DNA of 38,873 bases. It comes from an uncultured bacterium. GTDB lineage: Bacteria; Chlamydiota; Chlamydiia; Chlamydiales; SM23-39. Shown here piece by piece: positions 30,239-38,873 of this stretch (its first letter is position 1; every line of letters starts with the position of its first letter). The notes under the pieces were generated by a model, which was given only the letters and a program-made list of their open reading frames with translations, ran no database searches and had not been told where the DNA came from. The stretch covers positions 1 through 38,873 of the forward strand of contig CAYOMT010000001.1 of the NCBI GenBank assembly GCA_964405125.1. Reading direction: 5' to 3'. A program made the translations under genes and the position numbers.

Positions 30239-30843
30239 CGGTTTGCCTTTTTTAGAGCGATTTTTTTCTTTGCGACCTTTGCTTGCGCGACAAGAGAAAG
30301 CTGCTGATCGCTTAAAAAGATCCGAATTTTTTTAATGTTTTCCAAGGAACGGGGAATCAAAATCTTCTCAAATAAATTCACCCGGATGGATACGGATCTA
30401 AGCTCTTTTTCCAAAGCTCTTTTCTTTTCCTCTCCAATGCTCACCTTTTCACGGATCGTCGCAAATTCCCTTAGAATTTCAGTCGCCTGATCCGTCCATG
30501 CGGGAGTATCAAAAAGAGAGTAATCTGCATCGCGAAAGACAATGCTATCAAAAATCGGAATCTCGACGCCCGCGATGTTTTCGTAGCGTTTTTTTACATG
30601 CAAAACATCTGCGTAAATCGTCAAATTCACCGTCACTTTCTCTAAAAGAAAAGAAGCGAACTCCTCTACTTGATGCCGAACGAGCCTCATTTCCTCCGTA
30701 AGCCGAGAAATCTCCAATTGCGCAAGGGAGACCTCGAATTGGAGCATGGCTTTTTTTAATTGCAATGTCGGAAGATACCGCTGAAATTGAGAAAGGCGCG
30801 TCTGCTGATTGCGAAGTTCATTTTTTGTCAGCTTCAGCGCCAT
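30235..30843 (-). CDS. atpD: V-type ATPase subunit D
   Basis: 202 aa. MALKLTKNELRNQQTRLSQFQRYLPTLQLKK resembles the N-terminus typical of V/A-type D subunits. It is a long coiled coil positioned between B and I. Confidence 0.88.
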   Translation of the reverse strand: MALKLTKNELRNQQTRLSQFQRYLPTLQLKKAMLQFEVSLAQLEISRLTEEMRLVRHQVEEFASFLLEKVTVNLTIYADVLHVKKRYENIAGVEIPIFDSIVFRDADYSLFDTPAWTDQATEILREFATIREKVSIGEEKKRALEKELRSVSIRVNLFEKILIPRSLENIKKIRIFLSDQQLSLVAQAKVAKKKIALKKANR

Positions 30844-30846
30844 CCG

Positions 30847-32160
30847 CTATCTCCCTAGAGCCTCGCGAGGCCAGTATTTATCGGCGATCTGTTTTTTCAC
30901 GCCAATTTCTTCCAGTTCAAAGCATTCCGCCAATGTCAGCCAACCCAAATCAAGGGCTTTTTCCAGCGCCAAATTCACCTGGAGATTCATCATCCTCTCT
31001 TCAAAAAGGAATGAATAGCGAAGCAATTTTTCATCCCACCGAGAAAGGCGGAAGCCCATCGATTGTCTTTCCCTTGCTTTCTTCGAATCGGCATAGAGGC
31101 GGATCATCGTATTTGCAAGATCTCCATGATCTTCGCGCGTCACTTTCCCAATCACTTGCTGCTTGAGTCGAGAAAGAGAACCAAATGGATCAATCGATCC
31201 TCCATGCAGATAAAACTGCCCTTCCGTAATATATCCCGTATTATCGGGCACCGGATGGGTGACATCGCCTCCGGGCATCGTCGTCACAGAAAGAACGGTG
31301 ATCGATCCGCTCCCCTCGATGTCGACGGCCTTCTCATAGCGCGCGGCAAGATCTGAATAAAGAGATCCCGGATAGCCCCGATTGGCCGGAATTTGATCCA
31401 TTGTGATCGCAATTTCCTTAATCGCATCGGCAAAAGCGGTCATATCGGTCATTAAAACAAGGACATCTTTGCCTTCGATCGCAAATTTCTCCGCAACCGC
31501 AAGAGCCATATCGGGAACGAGCAAACATTCGACGGCAGGATCCGTCGCTTGATGGATAAACATCACTGTCTTCTCAATGGAACCTGCCCGCTCTGAATTG
31601 TCGATAAAGGCCGCATAGTCATCAAAACGCAGTCCCATCCCTGCAATCACCACGACATCTACATCCGTTTGATTGGCAATCCGCATCATCAAAGCGTTGT
31701 AAGGCTCTCCTGCAACGGAAAAAATCGGAATCTTCTGCGATCTCACAAGACAATTGAAGACATCGATCATCGGGATATTGGTTCGGACGAGCTCTCGGGG
31801 GATAATCCTCTTCGTCGGATTGAAAGAGGGGCTTCCCAAATCAACGAGATCGCCAAACACTTCGGGCCCGCCATCTACAGGCTCCCCCGCGCCATTGAAA
31901 CGCCGGCCTAAAAGGGAGGGGCTAAAACTAGCCTGCATTTGCTTTCCCAAAAAAGTGACATGGTCCCCTGTCGAAATGCCCCGCGTATTTTCAAATGCCT
32001 GACAAGTCACTAAATCATCGTCAAAACGCAAAACAGAGGCGTACGTCGTCGTGCCATTGGATTTGTGAATACGAGCCACCTCTCCCAAACGGACACCCTC
32101 GGCTGCAACGGAAATCAGATTCCCCCGCATATCAATAATTCGATCGTATATTTTTCTCAT
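30847..32160 (-). CDS. atpB: V-type ATPase subunit B
   Basis: 437 aa. [19 protein letters not shown] and ITEGQFYL are typical of V/A-type B subunits. The start overlaps the atpA stop (ATGA). Confidence 0.93.
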   Translation of the reverse strand: MRKIYDRIIDMRGNLISVAAEGVRLGEVARIHKSNGTTTYASVLRFDDDLVTCQAFENTRGISTGDHVTFLGKQMQASFSPSLLGRRFNGAGEPVDGGPEVFGDLVDLGSPSFNPTKRIIPRELVRTNIPMIDVFNCLVRSQKIPIFSVAGEPYNALMMRIANQTDVDVVVIAGMGLRFDDYAAFIDNSERAGSIEKTVMFIHQATDPAVECLLVPDMALAVAEKFAIEGKDVLVLMTDMTAFADAIKEIAITMDQIPANRGYPGSLYSDLAARYEKAVDIEGSGSITVLSVTTMPGGDVTHPVPDNTGYITEGQFYLHGGSIDPFGSLSRLKQQVIGKVTREDHGDLANTMIRLYADSKKARERQSMGFRLSRWDEKLLRYSFLFEERMMNLQVNLALEKALDLGWLTLAECFELEEIGVKKQIADKYWPREALGR

Positions 32161-33908
32161 GTCTTCTTTTTTATCTTCTCTTGAACCTCTGCCATCGCAC
32201 TCAAATAACTCTGCGAGCGGAAGGGAAGAAAATTAATGTTTTTGATTTCGTTTTGTAAATTCAGGAAAAAACTCCTCGCCATATCGTGCGCATCAAAAGA
32301 AAATTGGATATCGAAGATCTTCTGAATCAGCGCAAACATTTCAATTTGCCTCTCTAAAGGACAATAGGCATCCTCTTTATCGAATGCATTTTGCTGGAGA
32401 TAACAAAATTCGTATAGCTCCGACTTCAGATAAACTACCATATCTGAAATCGCAACTCCCTCTTCGCCAACAACTTCCATCCTCTTGCCAATTTCATCTC
32501 CCCGGCGCATAATTTGGGCCCCATTTTTTACTTTATCGGCCCAATGATCGAGTTTGTCATCCAACTGCTTGCCTGCGGCGTCGAGATATTTTGTCCAAGA
32601 GATCAAAGGATCGACCGCCGGATAGCGGCGCGCATCGGATCTGGCTCTAGAAAGACCATGGAAAGCGCCGACAATGGCAAGAGAAGCCTGGGTGACCGGT
32701 TCTTCAAAATTTCCTCCGGCCGGAGAGACGCTGCCGCCGATTGTCAAAGACCCTTCTTTTCCATTTTTCAATAAAATCTCCCCGGATCTTTCGTAGAAAG
32801 CGGATATGCGGGAAGCCAAATAAGCTGGAAAGGCCTCTTCTCCGGGAATCTCTTCGAGCCTTCCCGACATTTCTCTCATCGCCTGCGCCCAACGAGAGGT
32901 GGAATCTGCAAGAAGCAATACATCGAGTCCCATCTGCCGGTAATATTCAGCAATCGCGGCGCCCATGTAAACAGAGGCTTCGCGCGCCGCTACAGGCATC
33001 GAGGAAGTATTGCAAATCATCGAGGTCCGATTCATCAAGGGCTCGTTTGTATGCGGGTCGACCAGATCGGGAAAAGTACGCAAGACTTCGACCACTTCAC
33101 CCGCTCTTTCTCCGCACGCCACAATGACGACGATGTCGACATCGGAATATTTGGAAAGGTGGTGCTGCATCACGGTTTTTCCCGCGCCAAAAGGACCCGG
33201 AGAACAAAAAGTTCCTCCTTTCAACACAGGAAATTGGGTATCGAGAATGCGCAATCCCGTATCCATCATTCTTGTGGGGCGAACTTTTTTTCCCTCCATC
33301 AAAGCGTTTTTTACAGGCCACTTTTGAAGCATTTTAAAGGATACTTTCTGCCCCTTTTCATCTTCCCCTTCCGCAATCGCGGTCTCTATGGAATAAGAAC
33401 CTTGCTTTGCAACGGAAGTGATTCTCACATTCCCGAAAAAAGAAAAAGGAACCATGATCAGATGAGAAAACCTTCCTTCTGGAACAGAGCCTAAAGTATC
33501 GCCGCGGCGCAGCACATCCCCTGCTTTTGCAACGGGAGTAAATTCCCAAAGCCTTTCTCGATCTAAAGGAGGTAAATACACGCCGCGCGAAAGATAAAGA
33601 CCGGTTGCGGCAGCTACTTTTTCCAAAGGATTCTGCAGCCCATCAAAAATAGAGCTAAGCAAGCCAGGCCCCAATTCGGCTTCTAAAAGATGCCCCTCAA
33701 AACGGACAGGGGTATTTAATTTAATTCCGCGCGTATCTTCGAAAACCTGAACTTTCGCTTCATCTCCGGCAATTTCAATCACTTCGGCGAGTAAATGCTC
33801 ATTTTCAACGTGAATGCGAGCCATTTCCCCCTGACGAACAGAACCATCAAATCGAACATGCAGGAGATTGCCAAAAGCCTGCACAACAACACCTGTTGCA
33901 TTACCCAT
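32157..33908 (-). CDS. atpA: V-type ATPase catalytic subunit A
   Basis: 583 aa. Walker [37 protein letters not shown] and GSVSPAGG. Confidence 0.95.
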   Translation of the reverse strand: MGNATGVVVQAFGNLLHVRFDGSVRQGEMARIHVENEHLLAEVIEIAGDEAKVQVFEDTRGIKLNTPVRFEGHLLEAELGPGLLSSIFDGLQNPLEKVAAATGLYLSRGVYLPPLDRERLWEFTPVAKAGDVLRRGDTLGSVPEGRFSHLIMVPFSFFGNVRITSVAKQGSYSIETAIAEGEDEKGQKVSFKMLQKWPVKNALMEGKKVRPTRMMDTGLRILDTQFPVLKGGTFCSPGPFGAGKTVMQHHLSKYSDVDIVVIVACGERAGEVVEVLRTFPDLVDPHTNEPLMNRTSMICNTSSMPVAAREASVYMGAAIAEYYRQMGLDVLLLADSTSRWAQAMREMSGRLEEIPGEEAFPAYLASRISAFYERSGEILLKNGKEGSLTIGGSVSPAGGNFEEPVTQASLAIVGAFHGLSRARSDARRYPAVDPLISWTKYLDAAGKQLDDKLDHWADKVKNGAQIMRRGDEIGKRMEVVGEEGVAISDMVVYLKSELYEFCYLQQNAFDKEDAYCPLERQIEMFALIQKIFDIQFSFDAHDMARSFFLNLQNEIKNINFLPFRSQSYLSAMAEVQEKIKKKT

Positions 33909-34668
33909 ATTTACTCAACTCTTCGATTGCCATATTTTCTCTTTCTCGATCTGGCGGCAAGATGCTTTCCACAATCAGTAACCTTGCAGCATATGCTAAA
34001 ATTCGATCCAACGTAAAGAATTCATTTTCTTCCCACTCTCCGATTTTCTCGAAGCGGTATTTTAAAAAAACCTCGGATAATTTACGAGGATCTGCAGAAT
34101 GCTCCTCAAAAAGGACTTTTACCTCTTCGTATTCCATGGGAGGGATGTAAGTAGACCCCTCTTTTTGGGCCAATATTTGCGCAACAAAAGGATCTTGCGG
34201 ATCTTCAAACTGCAGCTCCCTCACAATATCCCTGCCTACTTTTTTTGCTCTCAGCGCAGTCAAAACGAGGCGCAATTCGCGCTCGAAAGCGTAGTATTTC
34301 GCTATAAATCCTCTCGTTTCCTGCCGATACATCGCGGCATAAAGAAAGGAAAAATAATGGAGGCGCTCCTCAATGGATTCATAGCGGTCTAAAAAATCAG
34401 AAAGATAGGGAGGCAATGCATCGCGCACTAAGAGAGCCTCTTCCAATTCTTTGCCCGTCATCGTGCCCCGATCATCCATAGGCAATCCGAGCCAGAGGGC
34501 TTTGATGTTGTATACATCGATGGATTCGAGAAGAAGATGGAACTCTTCTAAATCGCGCGGAGTCAAATTCACCGACAAAAGATCGCGCAGCTCCTTAAAA
34601 GACATTTCGGGAGCCGTTTTAAGGGAGAGGGAAGGGAGTGCTGTTGCAAGGAAATAATATTTTGCCAC
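33901..34668 (-). CDS. DUF2764-like protein in the position of V-ATPase subunit C/d (equivalent to chlamydial CT309)
   Basis: 255 aa with a GTG start and TAGGA SD. (M)AKYYFLATALPSL matches my memory of the N-terminus of DUF2764 proteins encoded in V-ATPase operons. It overlaps the atpA start by 8 nt. The family call is from memory and not verified. Confidence 0.6.
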   Translation of the reverse strand: MAKYYFLATALPSLSLKTAPEMSFKELRDLLSVNLTPRDLEEFHLLLESIDVYNIKALWLGLPMDDRGTMTGKELEEALLVRDALPPYLSDFLDRYESIEERLHYFSFLYAAMYRQETRGFIAKYYAFERELRLVLTALRAKKVGRDIVRELQFEDPQDPFVAQILAQKEGSTYIPPMEYEEVKVLFEEHSADPRKLSEVFLKYRFEKIGEWEENEFFTLDRILAYAARLLIVESILPPDRERENMAIEELSKYG

Positions 34669-34676
34669 AAAACGTC

Positions 34677-35303
34677 CTATACGTTAAAAAGCATCTCTCG
34701 AAAATCTCTGCGGATATATCCTGCAATCAGCTCTCTGACTGTAGCGTCTGAAATATCAATGGTAATCTGCTTTCCTTTGAGCTGAATTTGAACGCCTCCG
34801 GCAAAATCTCCCACGACAACAGTTTGTTTCTGCAATCTTTCTAAGATTTTAGCGGCGAGCATTGTATTGATGGAGCGAGGAGAGATATTTTTGGGAATGA
34901 CAGCGACAAACTCCTCCTCAATCCCCTTTTCTTCCATCGACTTCATGAACGCATCGATCAAATGAGCAATCAATTTGGGATCGGCCATTTCGTGCAGCAC
35001 AAGATCGGAGAGCTGCTGATCGAATAATTTTTCCTCAATTTTTTGCTTTAAAAGCTCGACGCCCTGCCTGCACGCAAGCTGCAAAGAAGCGTGAAACACC
35101 TTCCCCTTTTCCTGCATTTCATCTTGGGCGATCTTCCGAAACTCGTCTGCTTTTTTCTGCGCTTCTTTGACGATATCGGCTGCCTGCAGATGGGCATTTT
35201 CGACAATCTCGCGCGCTTCTTGTTTTGCAGGTTCTAATGTTTCATTTTTCAATACATCGCAAATTCTTTGGATCTTGTCTTTGCCTGTCTCTAATCCTTT
35301 CAT
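34677..35303 (-). CDS. atpE: V-type ATPase subunit E
   Basis: About 208 aa with a K/E/A/Q-rich N-terminal coiled coil and a globular C-terminus. It is the first gene of the operon. ATG at 35301-35303; the track start 35309 is a GTG two codons upstream. Confidence 0.85.
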   Translation of the reverse strand: MKGLETGKDKIQRICDVLKNETLEPAKQEAREIVENAHLQAADIVKEAQKKADEFRKIAQDEMQEKGKVFHASLQLACRQGVELLKQKIEEKLFDQQLSDLVLHEMADPKLIAHLIDAFMKSMEEKGIEEEFVAVIPKNISPRSINTMLAAKILERLQKQTVVVGDFAGGVQIQLKGKQITIDISDATVRELIAGYIRRDFREMLFNV

Positions 35304-35415
35304 TGACACCTACATATTTTCTCCAGATTTTACTAGATATCTAACTTTTTGTCGTTGCTATTTTTTTACGAATTTTTCTAGCAAATAATTAAAGAAAAGT
35401 TATGATAACAATTTC

Positions 35416-35429
35416 TTGGCTTGAGCCAA
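35416..35429. promoter_or_regulatory. Short inverted repeat TTGGCT-TG-AGCCAA in the divergent atpE / small-protein intergenic region (possible operator)
   Basis: 6-bp perfect arms with a 2-nt spacer, 34 nt upstream of ATG 35463. Pattern only. Confidence 0.2.
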
Positions 35430-35462
35430 AACTGAGCTTACCACATAAAACAGGAGATCATC

Positions 35463-35678
35463 ATGAAAAAATTCACTATTCTTTTAGCCGTTGTTGCAAC
35501 ACTTGTCGGAAACGTAGCGCAAGCGCAGACAATGGGGAAAGCATCCTCTTCAGCAAAACAAACCACAAAAGACGATTTTAACTGGGGCATTGGCCTGGGC
35601 GCGATCGCAGTCCTCGCTACAGTTGTAGGCCTGACAGCAGCCTCTGCAGCCTCTACTCCCAATACTTATTCTAATTAA
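35463..35678 (+). CDS. Small exported membrane protein (71 aa; signal peptide plus C-terminal WGIG-containing TM helix), paralog 1
   Basis: AGGAG lies 7 nt upstream of the ATG. MKKFTILLAVVATLVGNVAQA|Q is the signal, followed by a polar S/T/K linker and NWGIGLGAIAVLATVVGLTAASAA as the hydrophobic tail. Confidence 0.65.
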   Translation: MKKFTILLAVVATLVGNVAQAQTMGKASSSAKQTTKDDFNWGIGLGAIAVLATVVGLTAASAASTPNTYSN

Positions 35679-35686
35679 TCAGACGC

Positions 35687-35718
35687 GGCGGATACCGAGG
35701 AATCCCTCTGTATCCGCC
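35687..35718 (+). terminator. Stem-loop downstream of small ORF 1 (possible terminator)
   Basis: GGCGGATAC (35687-35695) pairs with GTATCCGCC (35710-35718), a GC-rich 9-bp stem with a 14-nt loop, 9 nt after the stop. No U-tract follows. Confidence 0.4.
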
Positions 35719-35720
35719 CT

Positions 35721-35883
35721 ATACCAAACACAGTAAGTATATTCCTATTTCAGCGCGTCAAAGCGCCGAATTTTCACGATCGTAAATGGCATAGTATTAA
35801 GATAATACAATGCCATTTACGATCGTAAAAATTCGGCAGCTTTCACGCAGCTCAAATAGGAATATACTTACTGTGTTTGGTAT
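35721..35883. repeat. 163-bp near-complete palindrome (foldback inverted repeat)
   Basis: The left arm 35721-35792 (72 nt) pairs with the right arm 35810-35883 (74 nt). The outer 30 bp are perfect and the inner part differs by 3 substitutions and 2 single-nt indels. The centre also pairs (GTATTA-AGA-TAATAC). Confidence 0.9.
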
Positions 35884-35885
35884 TG

Positions 35886-35914
35886 TTGTCAAAAAAATCC
35901 AGTTATGAGATAAG
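35886..35914 (+). promoter_or_regulatory. Candidate promoter for small ORF 2 (TTGTCA-N17-GATAAG)
   Basis: TTGTCA at 35886-35891, a 17-nt spacer, GATAAG at 35909-35914, immediately after the palindrome and 21 nt before GTG 35935. Pattern only. Confidence 0.25.
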
Positions 35915-35934
35915 CCGGATAAGAAGGTTCCTTA

Positions 35935-36150
35935 GTGAATAAGATCGTATTATCCATGTGCCTGATTGCCTGCTCTTTAGTCCACGGAGCGGAAGAGACC
36001 ATGCCTCCCAAAAAACGGTATGGACAAGCTTCGTCCTGCGCGTCTCGAGAAGCCACCGTCGTCTCCATGATGGGCTGGGGCATCGGCATATTCATCGGGA
36101 TTGCAGTTCTCTGCGCGCTTCTCACAAATAATCCAGAAAAAGAAAATTAG
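35935..36150 (+). CDS. Small exported or lipoprotein-like membrane protein (71 aa; WGIG TM tail), paralog 2
   Basis: GTG start with GAAGG 8 nt upstream. MNKIVLSMCLIAC contains a lipobox-like LIAC. The tail GWGIGIFIGIAVLCALL follows. Length and architecture match 35463-35678. Confidence 0.55.
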   Translation: MNKIVLSMCLIACSLVHGAEETMPPKKRYGQASSCASREATVVSMMGWGIGIFIGIAVLCALLTNNPEKEN

Positions 36151-36160
36151 AACGCTATCT

Positions 36161-36856
36161 ATGATTCGGGTGTTATGCCTCTTTTTTTTCGCCTATACAT
36201 TCGCATGGCCTGAGCCTATTGCTCTATTCATCCCTCCGCCGGCATGGCAAGGCGCGCAGCCTAAAAAACCCTCGGATTTCGTACAAATCTGTTTTGTTTC
36301 AAAAGAATCTTTCTCTTTCCGCCCTTCGATCAACCTCGCAACGGAAGAAATCGATGTCTCTTTAAAAGACTATGTCAAAGCAGTGAAGGAAATCCACTCC
36401 AAAGAACCCGGAACAAAATGGCGCGATCTAGGGAAGTTTTCGATGAAAGGAGGTATGGGAAGACTCACTGAAATGACATCCCAAACACCTTTTGGCGACA
36501 CAAAAATCCTTCAAGCAATCCTTGTGAAAGAAAACACGGCCTATCTTCTGACCGCAAGCGCTTTAAAAAAAGATTTTCCCTCTTTGCAAAAAGAAATCCT
36601 TGCCTCGCTTGGGTCTCTGAGCTTGCATGAAAGCCTATTTGCTGCGATTCCAGATGCAATAAAACAGGCCAAAATCGCCGATTTTTTTGCCTCGCTTGGC
36701 TCATGCAATACGGAAGAAAACCCTCTGATTGCAAAACAAAAACAATTAAAAAGCCTTGTCGATACAATTGTAGAAGGGTGCCCGGAAATGGGGAGCCATT
36801 GGCAGTTTCTCGCTCTCAAAGAAGGCGTTTCTAAAATTGAAAAGGCGTTTCCATAA
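36161..36856 (+). CDS. Hypothetical secreted protein (231 aa)
   Basis: ATG at 36161 gives MIRVLCLFFFAYTFAWPEP (signal-like). The track start 36101 would overlap small ORF 2. No motif was confidently recognised; the P..W ... SINLATEE ... pattern faintly recalls PsbP/DcrB-like folds. Confidence 0.6.
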   Translation: MIRVLCLFFFAYTFAWPEPIALFIPPPAWQGAQPKKPSDFVQICFVSKESFSFRPSINLATEEIDVSLKDYVKAVKEIHSKEPGTKWRDLGKFSMKGGMGRLTEMTSQTPFGDTKILQAILVKENTAYLLTASALKKDFPSLQKEILASLGSLSLHESLFAAIPDAIKQAKIADFFASLGSCNTEENPLIAKQKQLKSLVDTIVEGCPEMGSHWQFLALKEGVSKIEKAFP

Positions 36857-37348
36857 ATGAGATACTTTTTGCTTTTGCTCCTTTTTACCGCCTGCACACA
36901 TAAAACCTACTGGACTTTGGATGCCATTGCCGCAGGCGACGCCCGGTATGATTCTGTCCGCCTCAAGTACCAAAACCAAGAAAATTTTTCTCCCCTCAGG
37001 ATCGAATTTTTGAAAATGGGAGAAACCATCGATCTCATACTGAGCCTCACGCAATATTCAATCACTCCTACGCAAGACAATCCCCCCTCCGTGCTCGTCC
37101 GATTTGCGATAGGGAACAACCCTCCGTTTGAAGAAATGATCCCCTTATGCGTGGGCCATATGCGCCTTCGCCTCTCCCAAGAAACAACGGAGAAAATCAC
37201 AAAAGCATTGCAAGAAGGAAATAAAGTCGATATCCTGATCGATGACATCGTAGAGACTATCCAGAGCGATCGTTTTGCGGAAAGCTACAAAAAATTCATG
37301 GGCAAAGACACGTTCTTCAAAAACTTTTTTATAGGACCTTTTCAATGA
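36857..37348 (+). CDS. Hypothetical lipoprotein (163 aa)
   Basis: [13 protein letters not shown] is a lipobox-like signal. The start abuts the upstream stop (TAAATG) and the stop overlaps the tal start (ATGA). Confidence 0.6.
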   Translation: MRYFLLLLLFTACTHKTYWTLDAIAAGDARYDSVRLKYQNQENFSPLRIEFLKMGETIDLILSLTQYSITPTQDNPPSVLVRFAIGNNPPFEEMIPLCVGHMRLRLSQETTEKITKALQEGNKVDILIDDIVETIQSDRFAESYKKFMGKDTFFKNFFIGPFQ

Positions 37349-38283
37349 ACCAATTAGATCAACTCAAAAAATTCACAACCGTTGTGGCCGACACAGGCGA
37401 TTTTGCTTCTTTGAAACAATACGCTCCGACCGATTCGACGACCAATCCCTCTCTCATCTACGCTGCAAGCCAAGAGCCGCAATATAAACACCTCGTAGAA
37501 GAAGCCATTCGATCCGGCAAAGGAAAATCCCCCTCCTTTGTCCTCGATAAAGTGTTTGTCAATTTCGGTCTTGAAATCCTCAAAATCGTCCCGGGCCGGG
37601 TCTCGACGGAAGTCGACGCCAGACTCTCTTTTGATGTCGAAGGGAGCATTGAAAAGGCGCGCCAACTCATTTCTCTGTATGAATCTGCCGGGATCGATCG
37701 AAAAAGAGTCCTCATCAAACTTGCCTCCACCTGGGAAGGGATCGTTGCCGCAAAAACCCTCGAAAAAGAAGGGATCCATTGCAATATGACCCTCCTATTC
37801 AGCCTGCCGCAAGCTATTGGCTGCGCAGAGGCCAAAGCCACCTTGATTTCTCCCTTTGTCGGAAGAATCCTCGACTGGCATAAAAAAAATGAAGGGATCT
37901 CCTCTTATGCACCCGCAGAAGATCCCGGCGTAAAATCTGTCACAACAATCTACAATTACTACAAAAAATTCGGATATAAAACTCAAATTATGGGCGCTTC
38001 TTTTAGAAATAAAGAAGAAATTCTAGAGCTTGCCGGCTGCGATCTTTTGACAATCGCACCTTCGTTTCTTGGGGAACTGAAAGCGAGTACATCGCCGATT
38101 GCCAAAAAACTAGATCCGGAAAAAGCGAAACAAGCGCATATCGAAAAGCTCCACCTCGATGAAAAAGCGTTCCGCTATATGCTGAACGAAGATGCCATGG
38201 CAACCGATAAGCTTGCCGAAGGGATCCGCAACTTTGTAAAAGACATTGTAAAACTCGAAAAACTCCTCGCAGCCCAAAACTGA
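37345..38283 (+). CDS. tal: Transaldolase
   Basis: [30 protein letters not shown], and [12 protein letters not shown] with the Schiff-base Lys. Confidence 0.95.
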   Translation: MNQLDQLKKFTTVVADTGDFASLKQYAPTDSTTNPSLIYAASQEPQYKHLVEEAIRSGKGKSPSFVLDKVFVNFGLEILKIVPGRVSTEVDARLSFDVEGSIEKARQLISLYESAGIDRKRVLIKLASTWEGIVAAKTLEKEGIHCNMTLLFSLPQAIGCAEAKATLISPFVGRILDWHKKNEGISSYAPAEDPGVKSVTTIYNYYKKFGYKTQIMGASFRNKEEILELAGCDLLTIAPSFLGELKASTSPIAKKLDPEKAKQAHIEKLHLDEKAFRYMLNEDAMATDKLAEGIRNFVKDIVKLEKLLAAQN

Positions 38284-38285
38284 GG

Positions 38286-38873
38286 TTATTTAATATCCAC
38301 TACGTATACCGAAGAATCTCTCATGGGCAGGTCTGGCTGTTTTACAGTTTCTTGAATGAGCTGCTTTGCTCTTTCAACAGAAGATTTGTCTTTCCCCTGA
38401 TCTAAAATTTGAATCACTTTCTCGTCTTCCCAGTAAGCGCTAAATCCTACCGATCCAATCACAACTACATCCCCTCGACGAATGTCTTGGACCGTAATCT
38501 TACATTTATGAATCAAAGGACAAGAGGGCGATTCAAGACTTTTTACAAAAACATCTCCCAAAGCACGCGGCGCAATCAATTCCTTATAAGGGTTCCCACA
38601 ATGCTTTCGATTGGGAGGAAAGATGTAATATGGGTGAACTGTTCTAAATCTCTTTAACTCCTTTGAAATCCCCCAATGCCTCTGACAGGACAAGGGAATC
38701 GCTTTTGTCGTTTCTCCACATTTTCTGTATAACACGGCATTCCCCTCTCCAACGTTTGCCGTAAATATTTTTTTTACTGCAGAATCAATAAAAACGAGTA
38801 CGGCCGAACATCCTCCTCCTACAGCATTTTGTTGATATTCTGATGTAAGATCCTTTTCTAATTGATCGATTGT
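38286..38873 (-). CDS. PP2C-like (PPM-family) protein; the C-terminal part is present and the 5' end is beyond the window end
   Basis: The frame is open from 38873 to the stop at 38286; the track M at 38735 is an internal GTG. GGGCSAVLVFID..KIFTANVGEGNAVLYR, APRALGD, GDVVVIGSVGFSAYWEDEKV and RDSSVYVVDI parallel the PP2C motifs G.TA.., ANVGDSRAVL, SRALGD, SDGLWD and DN.TVVVV, but with altered acidic residues. Confidence 0.6.
   Translation of the reverse strand, partial: TIDQLEKDLTSEYQQNAVGGGCSAVLVFIDSAVKKIFTANVGEGNAVLYRKCGETTKAIPLSCQRHWGISKELKRFRTVHPYYIFPPNRKHCGNPYKELIAPRALGDVFVKSLESPSCPLIHKCKITVQDIRRGDVVVIGSVGFSAYWEDEKVIQILDQGKDKSSVERAKQLIQETVKQPDLPMRDSSVYVVDIK

Noticed and set aside
35721-35883. 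Palindrome interpreted as an integron attC site or a classic MITE
   Set aside because: No integrase or transposase lies in the window, and I see no target-site duplication at the ends. At 163 bp it is longer than typical attC sites, and the R-box resemblance has a mismatch in each box. It is kept as an unexplained structured repeat, not as a named element.
36101-36160. Upstream extension of the 36161-36856 ORF
   Set aside because: It overlaps the 3' end of small ORF 2 in another frame. ATG 36161 yields a clean signal-peptide-like N-terminus.

Overview
Gene-dense (roughly 95% coding) chromosomal segment that reads as a member of the phylum Chlamydiota. All assignments come from motif recognition by eye; no searches were run. 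Evidence for the phylum: a small stand-alone SWIB/MDM2-domain protein, a recR-bamA-ompH-lpxD block, and a pknD-valS ... atpK-I-D-B-A-(DUF2764-like)-atpE ... tal block. These match my memory of C. trachomatis gene order (CT240-243 and CT301-313), which should be verified. GC of about 43% by eye and several extra genes suggest an environmental chlamydia (Parachlamydia/Waddlia/Simkania-like) rather than Chlamydiaceae. I cannot name the species. No tRNA, rRNA, CRISPR array, transposase or integrase was seen. Housekeeping genes: truA, recR, bamA, ompH/skp, lpxD, trpS, valS, tal and a complete V-type ATPase operon. Points worth follow-up: (1) A tightly packed minus-strand three-gene module (13754-17570) lies between lpxD and trpS. 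It encodes a CCT/ECT/TagD-type cytidylyltransferase, a PhyH-type Fe(II)/2OG dioxygenase and a 786-aa orphan. The orphan's C-terminal third carries, by eye, the motif series of Cys/Met-metabolism PLP enzymes. All three start with signal- or anchor-like hydrophobic segments. (2) A thioredoxin reductase-thioredoxin fusion has a Cys-rich signal-like N-terminus and is flanked by two paralogous membrane-anchored PF00884 (EptA/LtaS/sulfatase-fold) proteins. (3) A 163-bp almost fully self-complementary palindrome sits between two paralogous 71-aa 'WGIG' membrane proteins. (4) A PP2C-like gene has degenerate metal-binding motifs, and the PknD-like kinase is non-RD (HQD/DWG).
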